A stretch of DNA of 64,000 bases from Bilabrum cf. latius. Taxonomy: Eukaryota. Made by a program: the position numbers and the translations under genes. Below are positions 10,671-24,500 of this stretch, one piece after another. The stretch is taken from NCBI GenBank assembly GCA_965178125.1, contig OZ237756.1, forward strand, positions 124,001 through 188,000, in the 5' to 3' direction. The number at the start of each line of letters is the position of its first letter. The first letter of the stretch is position 1. Under the pieces are notes generated by a model that was not told the origin of the DNA, did not search any database, and saw only the letters and a list, made by a program, of their open reading frames with translations.

Positions 10671-13600
10671 TCACGCTTCATCCCTCCAGTCAACCGTCCG
10701 ACCGAGCCACCTCTGGCTGTTCCATCCCTGGCTCGAGCTCGAGCTGCTCACCCCAAGCCTCCGCCTGCCACCACCACCACCACCACCACCACCACCACCA
10801 CCACCAGTCCTCGCGGCACCCGCCACGGCCACAGCGTTCGCCGCCTCCTCCCGCATCGCCCCCGCAGCTTCCTCGCACAGCCTCAGCGCCGCCTCGGCAG
10901 CGGGCGCGGCCGCCTCCCCGCGGGCCAGCGCCGCCACTCTCAGGTGTCTCCTGAGCTTGCGGGCGGGCAGCAGAGAGGCCAACGCAGCCACCTCGACCCT
11001 CAGCCAGTGGTACCCAGCGGCGAACCCCGACAGGCCCACGACCAGCAGCAGCAGCAGAGCGAGCACGTCCACGCGGTAGTAAATCAGATACGCAGCAAGC
11101 AGGGCGGCGAACAGCGCGAGACACGCGAACACCCCGGCCAGCATCACCTCCCTCAGCATCAGCGGAACCGCGCACCCCCGGGTGGGGGCAAGACCCCCCC
11201 TTGCCGCCTTGACCGCAACACTGGCCAGATCCGCCCTGTCCCCCGCCGTCCTGTCTTGTTCCCTGGCCCTGGTCTTCTACAGCTCAGAGAGGGAGCCGCG
11301 CCCCATGGCTGACCGCTGCATGCTTGCCGCGATGCCTTCTTCTTCCTATTCCTTCTCCCCCTCATGCTCCCCCTTCGTTCGCCCACCTGCACCCATGTGC
11401 CTTGCCCACCGCCCGGACGATGCACCGCCACCACTCGTCACACCACCACCATTCTTCGACCCCCTGGGTGCCACTGCCACGAGGGCGGGGTGCAGCGGCC
11501 GCAGCGCGTCCACGGCGCGGGCCGCGGGCTCCCAGGAGTGAAGGTCCTTCTCGCGGCCGGACAGCTCCGCAGGTAACTGCCGCCCCGCCCCGCCCGCGCA
11601 GCAGCCGCAGCACCCAAGCGACGCAGGACCGGCGCAGCAGTCGACTCTAGCTGCCGCCAGCTCGCGCACCGCCACTGCCGCGTCCTTGCCCCTGGGCAAT
11701 GTGACGTTGCTGGGCGTGCAGGGGGACAGACACGAGGCCACGTCTTCCATCACCGTGTGGTGAACCCCTTGCTCTTGCTCTTGCTCTTCCTCCCCGTCAT
11801 CCTCCTCCTTTCCATACCCACCATCGGCCTCGCGCTCACCGCCCGCCTTGGACCACCGGATGACCCCGCACAGCACCAGCGCGTCCAGCGCCAGCCACAC
11901 GCAGCGCGCCTCGCAGTCGGGGCGGGGCGCGTGCTACTCGTCCTCACGCGCCACTTTGGCCACGTGGGCAGCGGCGGCGTGCTGCGCGGCCAGCGCGGTC
12001 CTGTGTGCCAGCCTCTCGTCGCCCAGCACGGCACCCCGCTCCATCGCCTCCGGGTCATTCTACTGGCCCTGACCCTGACCCTGGCCGTGCGCCTGCCCGC
12101 CGGCCGTGCCCCCAGTGGAGCGGCTCCCGCTCCCGTACGTGCCCGGCACCGGCTTACCCCCCGCCGTGGGCCGGCCCACGATCACCTATCCGTTGGGACC
12201 CATCACGCCCACGCCGTGGCTCTGACCCGCCGCCAGACTCGTGCGGCCCTCGCCGTCCGTTCCCACGCCTACGTCCAGGGGCGCGGGCGGCGGCTCCATC
12301 ATGTGCCGGTGTGACGAGTGCATGATGCTCTCGGTCCAAGCCCACGCCCCCGGGGGCCTGAGCTGCTCCCTCTGCCAGGCCCTCCAGTGTGACGAGCGGT
12401 GCACCCCATGCGGCCCCTCGCCTTCATCCAACCACCCAAGCGAGTAGCAAGCGGCTGCACAGGGGCAGCAGAACACCTGCCACGCGACACGAACGAGACC
12501 CACGAGCGCTCCCGCAGACCACACGCAGCACGCGCACTGCGGTCCGGAAAACACACCAGACGCCCCGCCTGACTCGTCGTCCTCGTCCTTCACCTTGCCT
12601 TCTCCATCCAAACCCCTGAGGCGAAGCGCCGCACCCGTCCCGAATCGATCCGCGGGTGCTGCCAGTCGGGGCGGAGGCACAGCCACCCTGATCCCGCCCG
12701 CGAACCGAAGAGACGCTGGGACCTCGTGGTGGTGCCTGGCCTTGTTCTTCGCGCCATCGTCCTGCCGGCTGCCTGCACCCCTTCCTCCTCCTCCTCCTCC
12801 TGACCCCGCCCCGCTGGCCTCGTGCACCAGCCTCGCCGCCGCCCTAGCCTGCGCCCCCATGGCCCTACTCGCAGCAGCGTCCTCCCTGCCAAGCAGCACC
12901 TGCTGCAGGCAACGGGGGGAGAAGTGGTCCAGGGTCCATCCGTACGATGCAGCGAACCGCAAGGCAGGGGGCACCAGCAGAGCCTTGCTGGCGATGGGGT
13001 CCCACTCGAGGCCCAGCACGCCGTCGTCCAGGTCTCCATCCTGCAGGAGGCCCGCAGGAGGCCGCATGTCCAGGGGGTATGGACCGGCCGTGAGACCCAC
13101 GCCGCGGACCACGGGGGCACCTGGCGTTCTGCTGGGGCGTTTCTTGCCCTTTGCGTGCTTGTGCGACCCACCGCTGCTGCCAGGGTGCCGCTCGTCCGTC
13201 GCACCCGATTCCTGTGCCTCTGCCTCGCCGCCTGCCAGCCCGCACGACATCACCCACAGCAAGCAGCCGCACAGCCCACCGGCACCGCAGCAACCATCCC
13301 CCCCCTGCTCCGCGCCCGCGACTGACCCTCCCCTCGCACCTACCTGCCGCCTCGCCCCGTGGCTGCCCCCGCTCTCGATGTCGCAGAGCTGAGCGAACCC
13401 AACCGCGTCTGACATGGGGAGCGCATCCGTGCCCACGGGCTCGAGACCTTCACCCCCTCCCGCCCCGGCCAGCGCGCCCATGATCTCGTCAGTGTCGGTG
13501 CCGCCGCTGACGCCGAACACGGCCGCGTGAGTCTCCCGTGTGAAAGGGAAAATCCAGGCCACACCCACGGCGGCGATCAGCACCAGGCCGGGGAAGAGCA

Positions 13601-16600
13601 TGGTGAAGAAGGCCAGCAGCCCCACCACGTCCTGGGGCTGCCTGCCCTCGCCGGGGGTGTACCCCGCCGCTGCCAGCATGGCCAGCACCACGGCAGTGGC
13701 CGGCACGTCGATCCAGTGCAGGGCTACGGCCAGGTAGGTCAGGTACTGCGCCTCTCGCCGGAGCCCCGTGAGCCGGGCATCGTAATCGATCGCGGTCTTC
13801 CGCATGGACTCGAAGAGGAACTCAACGCCACCCTCCGTGAGACCGGAGGCCGTGGTGACTAGTGCAAACCCGACGCCGTCCCCGGCCCCGAGCAGCAGAC
13901 CGCCGAAAATCACCGGGGGCACCCCGAGCAGCATGCCAAGCAGGTAGGCAGACTTCTGGTCGCACGCCCCGCGCCACCCGCAGCAGCACAGGCGTGCCAT
14001 CCACAGGGGGCGCGGCACGGCGTCACCGGCCGCGCCTTTGGGCCGTGCCCCCGCCCCCGCAGCCACCCACATCCACAAGGGGGTGGACAAAGCGGATGCC
14101 ACGAGCTCGAGGCTAAGCGCCAGCCCCAGCCAGAACTCGTAGTGCGGGAGCTGCAGCACGTACTGCGCGTAGAATGCCGTCAGGGAGTGCGAGACCACCC
14201 GGGCCAGCGACAGGAGCATCACCTGCGCCAGCAGCACGAGCAGCGCCAGGTTGACACCGGCCCAGTTGGCACCCGCACCCAGCGGCATGGGCTGCGGCTG
14301 AGGCTGGTCCCTGGGCCCGCCCTCGACCGTGGGCTGGCAGGCCTCATCCACGGGCATGGGCTGCAGCACCAGCCACGGAACAGCGGCGGGACGGGCCCTG
14401 GTGCTGCCCGCCCACCCTGCCCCGCCTGCTTCCTGCCCAGCGTGCTTCTGGCGGACATCAGCGAGCGCCGCGTGGGCAGAGTCGCCTGCATCGGCCGCCG
14501 GCAGGGCAGCGAAAAGCTGAAGGAACCTTCGGTCCGACCTCCACTCCACTCCATGGGTAGCAAATGCCTCCCGCTGCTGCCTGCTGGGGTGGATCTCCCC
14601 CGCGTCCCAGTCCGCGTGCGACCACAGTGCATCCACGGCGTGCGCGCCCTCCAGCCCAGCCTCACCATCATCATCATTATCGCCGCCGCCGTCGCCCCCG
14701 CCCTCCGCGCTCGTCACACCATCAGCGGTGGGGATGCTCTCCCACCCGTCCATCTCCAGCACCGCCTCGTGCTCGCCCACTGAACGGCTGCTACTGCCCG
14801 AAGACCTGCTGCGTGCCGCCGCTGGCAGCCGCCGCATGGTCCTGTCCAGCCTCTCGCCCCCGCCCTTTTCCATGGCGGTGGGCAGGAACTCCTTGCCTCC
14901 CAGGATCTCGTCGCTGACCGAGTCGCTCCTCGTCTCGCTTCTCGGAGACTTGCGCGGACTGCTCCCCAGAGTCTCGTCCCCCGCCGACGTGGTCTCCTGG
15001 GAGGCCTCCTGGATCGTCGGCATCCTCGAGCGGGCACCGCCACCGGGTGCGGCCGCCAGCGCTTGCGAGCCCGCCGCCACCTGCGCGGCTGCCCTGTCGA
15101 GCTCATCGTTTGCCGTGCTGTTCCCCACCCCCAGGGCTCCCGCGCTGGAGTGCAGCTCCGACGCGTCCTGCGCCGCCATCCCAGTGTCCTCCAGTGAGAC
15201 CATCTTGCGTGGACTCGACACGCCGGGCCGCAGCTTGAGCCGGCTCTGGAGCCCGCCGGTGCTCCCGCCACTTCCACTTCCACTGCTGCTGCTGCCATAT
15301 CCCTCACCCTCCGGCCGCAACGGCAGTGCCCCGCCCTTGGCCACATCGCCCGCACCCGTCCCCCTTTTGCCTGCCCCGCGCGCAGCATCGCCAGAGCTCC
15401 TTCCCACCAGCACCTTCACGCGGGTCAGCTGCCTCCCCAGTGACTCCGCCCATGGGAATGCACCGCGGGGGAGGTGACTCGCGGCCGCCGCCCGGAGCTC
15501 CTCAAGGGTGCTGAGCCCCTGCGACGCCAGTCCTGCAGCCTCCTTCGCTTCTGGCTCGGCCAGCCACTTGCGGGCAAGCAGCCTGGGCAGCCTGGCGCTA
15601 TCTGCGGTCAGCTCAGCTAGGCGCCCCAGCACTCGGACGGCATTCGCTTGGCTCCTCTCTGCCTGCGTCTTGGGGCGTTTGAGGGCACCGCGGGCGTGCT
15701 GCAAGGCAGTCTCTACCGTCAGTCGCCTCGGGATGAAGGTCGCGGCGAACCCGCCCAACAGCCAGTTCCGCTGCCTGAGGATAGACTCTGCCACGGACCT
15801 TGGAACCCGCTACTGGCTCACTACGAGCAACCCGGTGTGGGCAGGGATGACGACTGCTCCGCTCGGCACAGGATCCGATAGCCCGGGTCGTGATTTCTGC
15901 TGCCCACGGGCGCCACCAGGAGGGTGGCCGCCCCGTGCACCGCCCTCTCTCCCGCCATTGGACCCCTACTGGCCCACTTTCCCCTCCTCCTCCTCCTCGG
16001 CGTACAAGACGCGATGCAGGTCAGCAAACTCGCCATCCCCACCGTCTGCGCCGCCCAGTGCCTGCGTGCTGGCACGAGAGGAGCGCGATGATGGCGGTGA
16101 CGAAGACGACTGCAGGCCTCGGCCCGCGGCCTCCACCGCCGCCTGTTGCAGCCCCGCCAGCACAGGGAGGGCGATCGCCTGCCCGCTGGCCCACTAGGGG
16201 ACCGTCAACAACGCGTCATCGATGGCGGAATCATCTACGATGTCGTTCAACCCATCCTGGGCCGCGGTCAGGGACGGGGACAGGCGGCCCGCCTCGGATA
16301 GGATCGAGTGCGAAGATGACGTGAGGGGGAGCACTCTGTGGGAGGACGCGTGTGCCGAGCTGCTGCCACTCGAGCTGCCCCTCGAGTGAAGGGAAAGGAC
16401 GGGCCCCTGCGACTACAGAGAGGGGCCCAGGTTGGACCTGTTCGAGGGCAGCGACTGCAGCGAGCGGACTCCGGCCGGAGGAGCCTCCACGGTCTCGGTC
16501 GACTCGAAGACAACGCTGGCCTCCGGACCCGCGGCCGCCCCCGGACCGTACTCGCTTACAGGCGCGGCTGCTCCCCCGCCTCGCGCCTGGAACTGCACCG

Positions 16601-18416
16601 AGGCCCGCCAGCCCCTCCTCTGCACCGCCTGCTGCTGCCCTGGCGAGAATCCAGGGCCAGCATGCACGTGCTGCGGCTACGGCTGGGGGTGGGGGTAGGC
16701 TCGGGCCTGGGATCGGGCGAAAACGCCGTCTCCTGCACTCATCACACCTTGTCCAGCAGCGGACGCAGGTCGGCTCTCCCCACCGTCCTTGCTGCCCTTG
16801 CCGCCGACTGCACCCAGCCCCGTGCCGCTGTCTGCACCGCCGTCAGTGTCAGGCAGCACCCCGATGCGATCGTCACCCATCCGTCCATGATCAGCCTCTA
16901 GCTCGTGCTTAAGCTCGCCTCTCGCTTCTTTTTGGTTTAGGCCAAGTGTATCATCCGCGTCGAAGGAACCCCCTTGCGAGTCTCGGACCATGGAGCTGGC
17001 GAGTGCGCTCCCCGGCCTCGGTTGGCCAGGCACAGGCGACTCCTCCTCTACCTAACCGGGCATGGGGTGCTGCTGCATGTGGCCGGGTGCCGTTGGCGAC
17101 CCACTGGCATAGGTGCTGCTCCCCGTCACGCTGCTTCCCACCTGCCTCGACATGTCCTAGTAGTGCGAGAGGAGAGCCTGGAGGTCAGTCTCTGTGCCCT
17201 GCTCCGAGGCCATCGAACCCAAGTGCTGCCCCTGCCCCTGCCCCTGCTGCTGCTGTTTGACTGACCTACCTCTAGTCCTTGTGCCACCGCTGCCCTCCCC
17301 CCCGCTGTCGCTGCCACTATCATCGTCACTCCTGTCATCACCATCACTATCACCATCGCTGCTCCCACGCGTGCCACCCCCGCGCCCACCCCTGCCTCCA
17401 CGGCGGGACCCCCCAGTCCCCGGCCCAGACAGGCTCAGCTCCAGCTCCATGCCCACCCTAGACCACGCCGCAGCCCTGGCCTCCTCCCGTACCAGCAGCC
17501 GCACCATCTCGAGCGTGCTGGGCCAGGTGCGTCTCTGCAGGAAGGTGCAGCACGACCTCCCGCCCTTCGTGCTCCTGCCGCTGCAGCACATACCATACCC
17601 GTACCCAGACCTGCCTCCGGCACCCATCCGTCCTCCTCCTAGACCCGCGCCCACGATGAGCACAGGCTTCTCCCACAGCCCACCGTCCTGTCTCTGCGCC
17701 CTGCTGATACGCACCCTACGCGCGAAGGCGCTGTGCAGCATCGCAGAGGGCCGGGCCACGTCCAGCGGGGTTGGAACCCGGGTGTAGCAGGCCAGCAGGA
17801 GGATGGAACCCACCATGGAAACTTGTATGGCCACAACGAAGAGAGGGAACACCTGAGCGTGCGCCGCCCCGGTTCCTCCCACGATGGAGGCCAGGCCTGG
17901 CACCATCACCCCGAGCACCATGCCGACACAGGCAAACACGTGCTTCCAGCCGAACAGCTCGCCCGGCTTGTCGTAGCTGTCAGTCAGCTCCACACCCAAA
18001 GACATGTATGCCAGCGAAAGGGGCGTCATGTTGATGACACTAGCCGACATGGCGTACCAGAGGATGTTGGCGACCTCGCTCATCCCTTGGGGTATCGAGT
18101 ACATGCTGATGATGGCAAGCGCCATGATCGGGGCGCACAACACCAGAAATGGCCTACGCCTGCCATTGAGGCTGCCGCATTCGCAAAAGGTGTTGTCAAC
18201 GAGCCACCCAGCAATCGGGTACGAAAACAAGTCGATGATCCGAACCACTGCATTACAAAGCGCAAACGTCCTCGGGCTCATACCCACATCGTCAACATAG
18301 AACTTGGTCTAATATGTTACATGAAAAATACCTGCGCATGCCATACTGAACGCAGGGAGGGCGTATAACAGCATGCTGCCGATTGACAAAGGTTTGGGGC
18401 CTCGGTCCGAGCCCAT
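10671..18416 (-). CDS. Giant MFS transporter (GPH/MFS_2-like) with very long low-complexity insertions, 2581 aa
   Basis: ATG 18416 (MGSDRGPKPLSIGSMLLYALPAF...Y*TKFYVDDVG). ORFs 17157..18287, 16677..17033, 16413..16667, 15966..16163, 12186..15794, 11346..11900 and 10671..11159 are one frame separated only by TAG; stop is TGA 10671-10673. GPH motifs IAGWLVDNT..GRRRPF and IDYDARLTGLRREAQY. Confidence 0.8.
10768..10806 (+). repeat. (CCA)13 trinucleotide repeat (poly-Gly in the MFS tail)
   Basis: Directly visible. Confidence 0.9.
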
Positions 18417-18556
18417 GGCTGACAATTCCTGGCCTGTTGATGAGTACTGCTATATGCAACAGTCTGTCAGATTTGTAGAAGATATTGAGTTCCTCTATGC
18501 CCTGAAGGCAGAATTGTATCCGCGCTGGCTCGCTGCGCAAATCCGATTTACTATTT

Positions 18557-21500
18557 GCACGGTACTATAATAACCGGAAGCACCATCCACGGCTCGTCGT
18601 GCACCAACGGCCTATGTTGGCTGGACTCCATCCACACACTTGTGGGGGTCCAGTCAAGTCACGTCCCTGCCTTCGTCAGTTCAATCGTCCAATCATGCAA
18701 AGCACACATCGCCCATGAACGGACCACAACCACCGCGTCAAACGCAGCCACAGGAGGAGCAGCGGCAGAACACGCGGTAGCAGGGGCTGGAGACGCCGCT
18801 GAGTAGGAGACCGGTGATGGAGGCGAGGTACGCACTCCCACCACGGCAGAGCATCACGACACTCTCCCACTGTTGCGAGGCATCATGAGGGCACACCCGT
18901 ATGCACCCCAATGTCTGTCCTTGTACGCGGCCCGGCAGGGCTACCCACAAGACAAGATTAAGCAACTCGCGGACGCTGTTTCGACTCGAGAGCTGGACGA
19001 AGACAAGACCAAAGAGATCCTACAAAGCCTCGGCCCAACGGAAGACCGCGAAGAGAACTCATCGTTACAGCATCTGGAACGCGATCTTGTGGTGCTTACT
19101 CTAGCAATCATGGAGAGTGCCATTGGTAACTTCGTCAGGATCACGAAGATTGAGCCGGACTACGTCCCAGGCAAGTTCCTCTTCAGCAGTGAAGTTACTG
19201 CCTCACTCCCGGGCAACACACTCCAGTGGATGAAGGCACACTTCAACGCCAGCCTGTCTTTCATGGCCGGGACGACGACGACTGGATCGGAGGTAGCACC
19301 CCTGTGCATCCCATGGTGGCGCAGTTCGCACTACTGGCCACCAGCTGAGTGTGTGTTGGGACACGTAGCGGCAGTCCACGGAGTACACATCCCTATGTTG
19401 ACAGTGGGTACCGCCAAGGCAACACTATACCTCGCCCGACCATTAGTCACCCAGCGGTTACACACGCCCGCCAGGATGACGACAGCAGTAGCCATGCGTG
19501 CCCAGACTCTCGATGGGACTGATACCACTGGAGGTCACTACTTCCTCATGGGAATGCAGACAACATCAGTTTAGCCACGTAGAGGACCTCAGGCGCTGGT
19601 CAACGCTCGAACGATGCCCCGGATATTGCTGAGCAAACCCTCGGCCGCGTGCATTGCCCAAGACTCAACTGCTCTGGATTACGCAAGACACGGACTTGAG
19701 CTCGACCTCCCGCACGAACCAGTGGCCCTGACACGCGACGACGCACCGCCTGTCCCAGCGTCAAGTGCAGAACTTTGGGCACCAACTACAACGTGGCAGA
19801 AAAGGCTGCAACAGGCGGAAGACACCCTGGCGAGCCAGCACCCATCCGATGAGGACATGAAGTCTGCAGTGGAGACGATGGCCGAGCTCAACGGGGGCCC
19901 CATCCCGTCTGGAGAGGCCCTCCTGGATTGGTAGAGCTCCGGAGACCATGTCGTCGGATCGTACAGGCTCCCAGCTAAACAGTGTCATACGCTTGCCCTT
20001 CAGGTCGTCAGCGCTGTCCCCCTCTCAATGCAGTAGGCATGCCGCCTGTAGGACTCGGACAACTGCATCGTTTCGGCAAATAGGTGCACCACCATTGGGA
20101 GGATGCTGACAGCAGTGGCCCGCCTTGCCTCGGCGGATGGATACGACCACACGTGGTGCAGACCAATGGTGGCCAGCCCAGACATGGGCGTATCCAGCCT
20201 CCTACACAGCATGAGAAGGGCCATCGACGGTCCTGACCTGAAGCTTCCCTCTCGAGTCCTCCTGCTCAGCATCGACCACGCCGCTTCGATCATCACGATG
20301 AAGGCCTCGCCGACGGCCATGGCCAGCGAACAGAGGACTCCATACCTGTACGTCGACGGCGTAGCAAACGGTACCAGGGAGGACATCTCTGCGAATACAC
20401 TCCGACGTCTAACCCTGGGCTCCTACGCACCGGCGAAGTTCGACAAAGCTCCAGGCCCACGTCTTGGACACAAGTTCATCGCGGCAGTAGGATTCTGGGG
20501 CAGCCCTTCGAAGGCGCAACGTGCAGCCCTGGCCAAGTCGATCAACGCAGGATCATTCGACAAGATTGCCGGACGGGAACTACCAAGAGTGGCATACGAC
20601 ATGTTCCCCTCGGAGAGCCTGTTCAAGAGCCTTTGCGAGGGCAGCGAGTCCGAGCTCGTGGACTAGCACGACAGAGAACTATACAGACAATGTAGGAACG
20701 GCACACTGGAGGTGCCAGCTTTCTCCTCTGACCGCCGAGGTCGGCCGGAGACAGCGGCGATCGGCAACCGCGACTACCTGAACCGGTCCACAGTCGGATA
20801 CGCGGGGACAAGACGGACCATTACACCATCACGACGCATCAGGGAACACCGAGAGTACCGGCGACATGAGACAGAAGCCCGAGATGACCCAGCCTAGACA
20901 GTCCGTGCCATCTCACACAAGTAGATGACTCCTGAGAACGAAATGACTCTTGCCAAGCACTGGACCACTACCTGGGAAGCGGCACATCGCCCCCAAGAAT
21001 TCCGCTGCGGCCACCTGAATGTCAACAAGTCGAGGAAACTGAGTACCATCGAGCGTGCACTCCAACTAACGCAAGCCCCTGACTTGCTGTTCATGACGGA
21101 GTACGGCCGAAGCTCTGACTCGTCCATGGACCAGAAGCTACTGCCACTTGCAGTGCCAAACCTGACGTACAGAGGCGTGTGGCTAACACCCACGGAAGGA
21201 GGCACTCATGGGGTTGCGGCGGTCTGGAACACAAACCCACGACTAATGACCAAGTTCTGCCCCATTCAGCCAGCAGATATGCCCCAGGACATCCGGGACT
21301 GCCTCATCGTCAATGTGACAGTCGCAGGGAGCCGCACAGTTCACGCAGTTGGATGCTACAACCCCCTCGACGGCGAGCATCGCGGGGACTATAAGCGCCT
21401 ACTTAGGTGCATGCAAACAGGTTGGACCACAAGCAATGGGCAAAGGTTCGAGTTTGACCTGGATCAGACCGTCTTGATTGGCGACCTGAACACGCACCGA

Positions 21501-24500
21501 GAAGCGGACATCATGGAGGACGCCCCCACCAGGGAGGACGGTGAACCGTGTCTGAGCCTTCGGACCCCGTGGATGCCAACACATGGCGGAGGTAATTGCC
21601 TAGACGTGGGCCTCGCTGGGTCAGCGCTCTGGACAGGAGGTGCAGTCCTTCGAAATCCCGGATCTTAGGATCACTCACCCGTAGCCATGAGGGTAGAGAC
21701 TACCAGGTCACAAGTCTACAACGATCCAAGTGCTACCCTAGACACGGCGCCAGACAAGCTACGGAGACCACGTACCAAAGCCCAGGTCCGCCGATACCGC
21801 AGGAAGATGGCACAGTTGCTGGCCGAACAGCCATAGCTGATGGAGCTGAGCAAGCAGGCGAGCACAGCAGCCCTGACACTAGGTGAAGACTCGGGAGCGG
21901 GAGGAGATGAAAAGGCCAGCATCCTTGGCCAAGCCACGACAGTACTGGAACATCTGGTCTCCACGCTGGCAGACTGTGACTCCAAAGCCTGCGAGGCCGC
22001 GGTTGGACCAGCCCAGCGCCAACAAGCAGCCCCACGCAGCCGCCTCCAGCACCGTGCGAAGATCTCTCGCATGGTAAAAAGGGCCCAAAGAGCAAGACTC
22101 CAGCGACACAAGGACGCATCCCTTCTGACCGAGACTGTCTGCATCCGGGACACAGCTGCCTCCCTGCTGCGTAAGATCAAAAGCAAGCACGCAGACAGGC
22201 GCGAGACGTCAATACGGGAGATTGGGTCTGGCAAGTGCCCAGAGGCCAACGCCATGATCAAAAGGATCAGCAAACTGCGACGACGGGTACAGGCTAGGGT
22301 AGCGACCAATTGCGATTGGGGCAAGCATCTGCTCCCGACTGCACTGTCCTCCCTGGCCCCCGCAGACCTACAACCGAGCAACCTCGCGAACAAGATGGTG
22401 CTTCAACGAGTAGTTGCAGCTGCAGGAAGTGACACGATATCAGTGACACGTCTCACCAGAGATCGTATCCGCTGCGATGCCCACGCACTCCAACAAGCTC
22501 TGAAGGTCCTACCTGCCCGCGAGGCGTACCGCACGATATCGAGCCAACTCGGGGCCAGAAGATCAAAGCAACGAGCTATTGCAATGGTGGACCGCGAAGA
22601 CGGGACACGGACCTCCAATGCCTAGGAGGCAGTGGACGCCCACGCGGCATACTACTCCAGTAGCGCTACCAACGCAACGGCCAACACAGTGGACACGTCC
22701 ACTGATGAGGGTCTCTCAAGATTCATCGAGGTCCTGGGCCAACACATGCCAACATCCCCGAAAATCGGCATGCTGGTGACTGATGACGCTGCCGAGGAAC
22801 ACATCTCGACTGCAATCAAGTAGTTGAAGTCCGGAAAGGCTACGGGGCCGAGCGGGGTGCCAACACGCGCAATCAGACTCACATTCGATTTCGCCGACGG
22901 AGAACGCAAGTACCCTGACACACTCCTCAAGGCCCTTCAAGCTATCCACAATTGCGCAATGGTGTGCGGATAGTACCCGCTGACCCTCTTGCGCACTTTC
23001 ATTGCACCAGCCTTCAAAGGCAAGCCGGACGACCGTGACTTTCGATGCAGTGACTACAGATGCATCTAGTACGCAGACGTGATTGCAAAGGTATTGGGCA
23101 TCATCCTGCTGGGCAACTGCCAGGAAGTCATGGCTCAACGCCAAACGAAAGGAGCTTCGCAGTTCGGCTTCACGCTGCGCCGTGACCGAGTGATCGCAAT
23201 CCTGAAGATTCTGCAGCAGACCTTCACCGCGGGGAAGCAGGGCCTCGTGCTCCTGTTCGGAGACTTGAAAGCAGCATTCGACCGAGTCCAATGGCCTATC
23301 ATGCGGTACACGCTAGAGAAGGCTGGACTGAGCGCGACCGCTTCGAGTGCATTCGTCAATAGGATGAAAGCTAAAGCGGAGGTGTACCACCGCCCAAGCA
23401 ACACCCGATCGGAACCATTCGAGCGAGGAAAGGGGACATGCCAGGGAGATCCCATCTCCCCAGATGGCTTCGCGGTATCAATGGTACCTGCGAACGAGTA
23501 CGTCAGGCAGGCGTGCGCAGGACCGCAAGCGGCACCACTGACAGCCGATTGGGACATCGCACAGAAGGAGCCACAGACGCTGTACGCGGACGACACCTGC
23601 GTCACTATGTTGTGCAAGAGCGGCTCGCTGACGGCTGTAGCAGTGCTCTCCATTGGACACCATGAGTCTGGCCATGAGTTGGGCGTAAGAGCAGTCAGCA
23701 ATGGCTACACGAGCAAGACAGCTGTGATGGCGACCGGACTGACCCGTGAGGCGTTCGAAGCAACTGACGACGACGTGGAAAGCGGACGTGCAGTTGCATT
23801 CACCCCAGAGGAGCTCAATCTCAGGATCCAAGAGCAACTTCCTGGCACTCTAGCCACGGCACCACTGGAGCCAATCCGACTGGTCCACAAGTACGACTAC
23901 CTCGGCTTCCGTCTACACACCAGACGGGCACCGGTCAAAATGGCCGACGGAAGTACTAGACAGCTCCACGTCCTGGACCCAGTGAAACACTTGGAGAGGC
24001 AAGCCGGCAAGGCAAGACGAAGCATTGCGGACATCTGCCAAGCAGCCGTGAACTCTGACTGGAGCCTTGCACAGCTGTCCTCGATCCTGTACAGTGCAGT
24101 CTACGGGACGGTGCTGCAAGACCTCCACCTCTCAGCGGCACCAGCAGGCTTCGAGCAGGAGCTAAAACGCAAGACAGTGAAATGCACCTACGTACCAGGT
24201 ATAGTCTGGAACAAGGCAGCTTTGAACATTGTCGACGAGGTCCTAGACTGTGCCAGGGCCGCCCTGGTCGAAGCAGCCCCCCGACTTCCTAAGAAAGGAG
24301 GCGGCCGTTTCCTGCCGAAGGACACGGTCAGGGCGCTGGTCTGGCCGGCCGACGCGATGGCCAGAGCTGTCTCACAGGCGTACGGCTGCTCACTGGTGCT
24401 GCTGAGCGGAGACACGCCTGCCCACATGCAGCTAACCGCGTGGTACATGGTCAAGCACGAACCTAGTGCCCAGGGACCTATGGCGAACATGGCCGCAGTC

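Noticed and set aside
18309-18311. UAG = Leu or pyrrolysine (MFS context Y*TKFY could suit a hydrophobic residue)
   Set aside because: This site is weakly conserved, and the better-conserved sites all point to Gln. Pyrrolysine is not known from eukaryotic nuclei and would not be this widespread.
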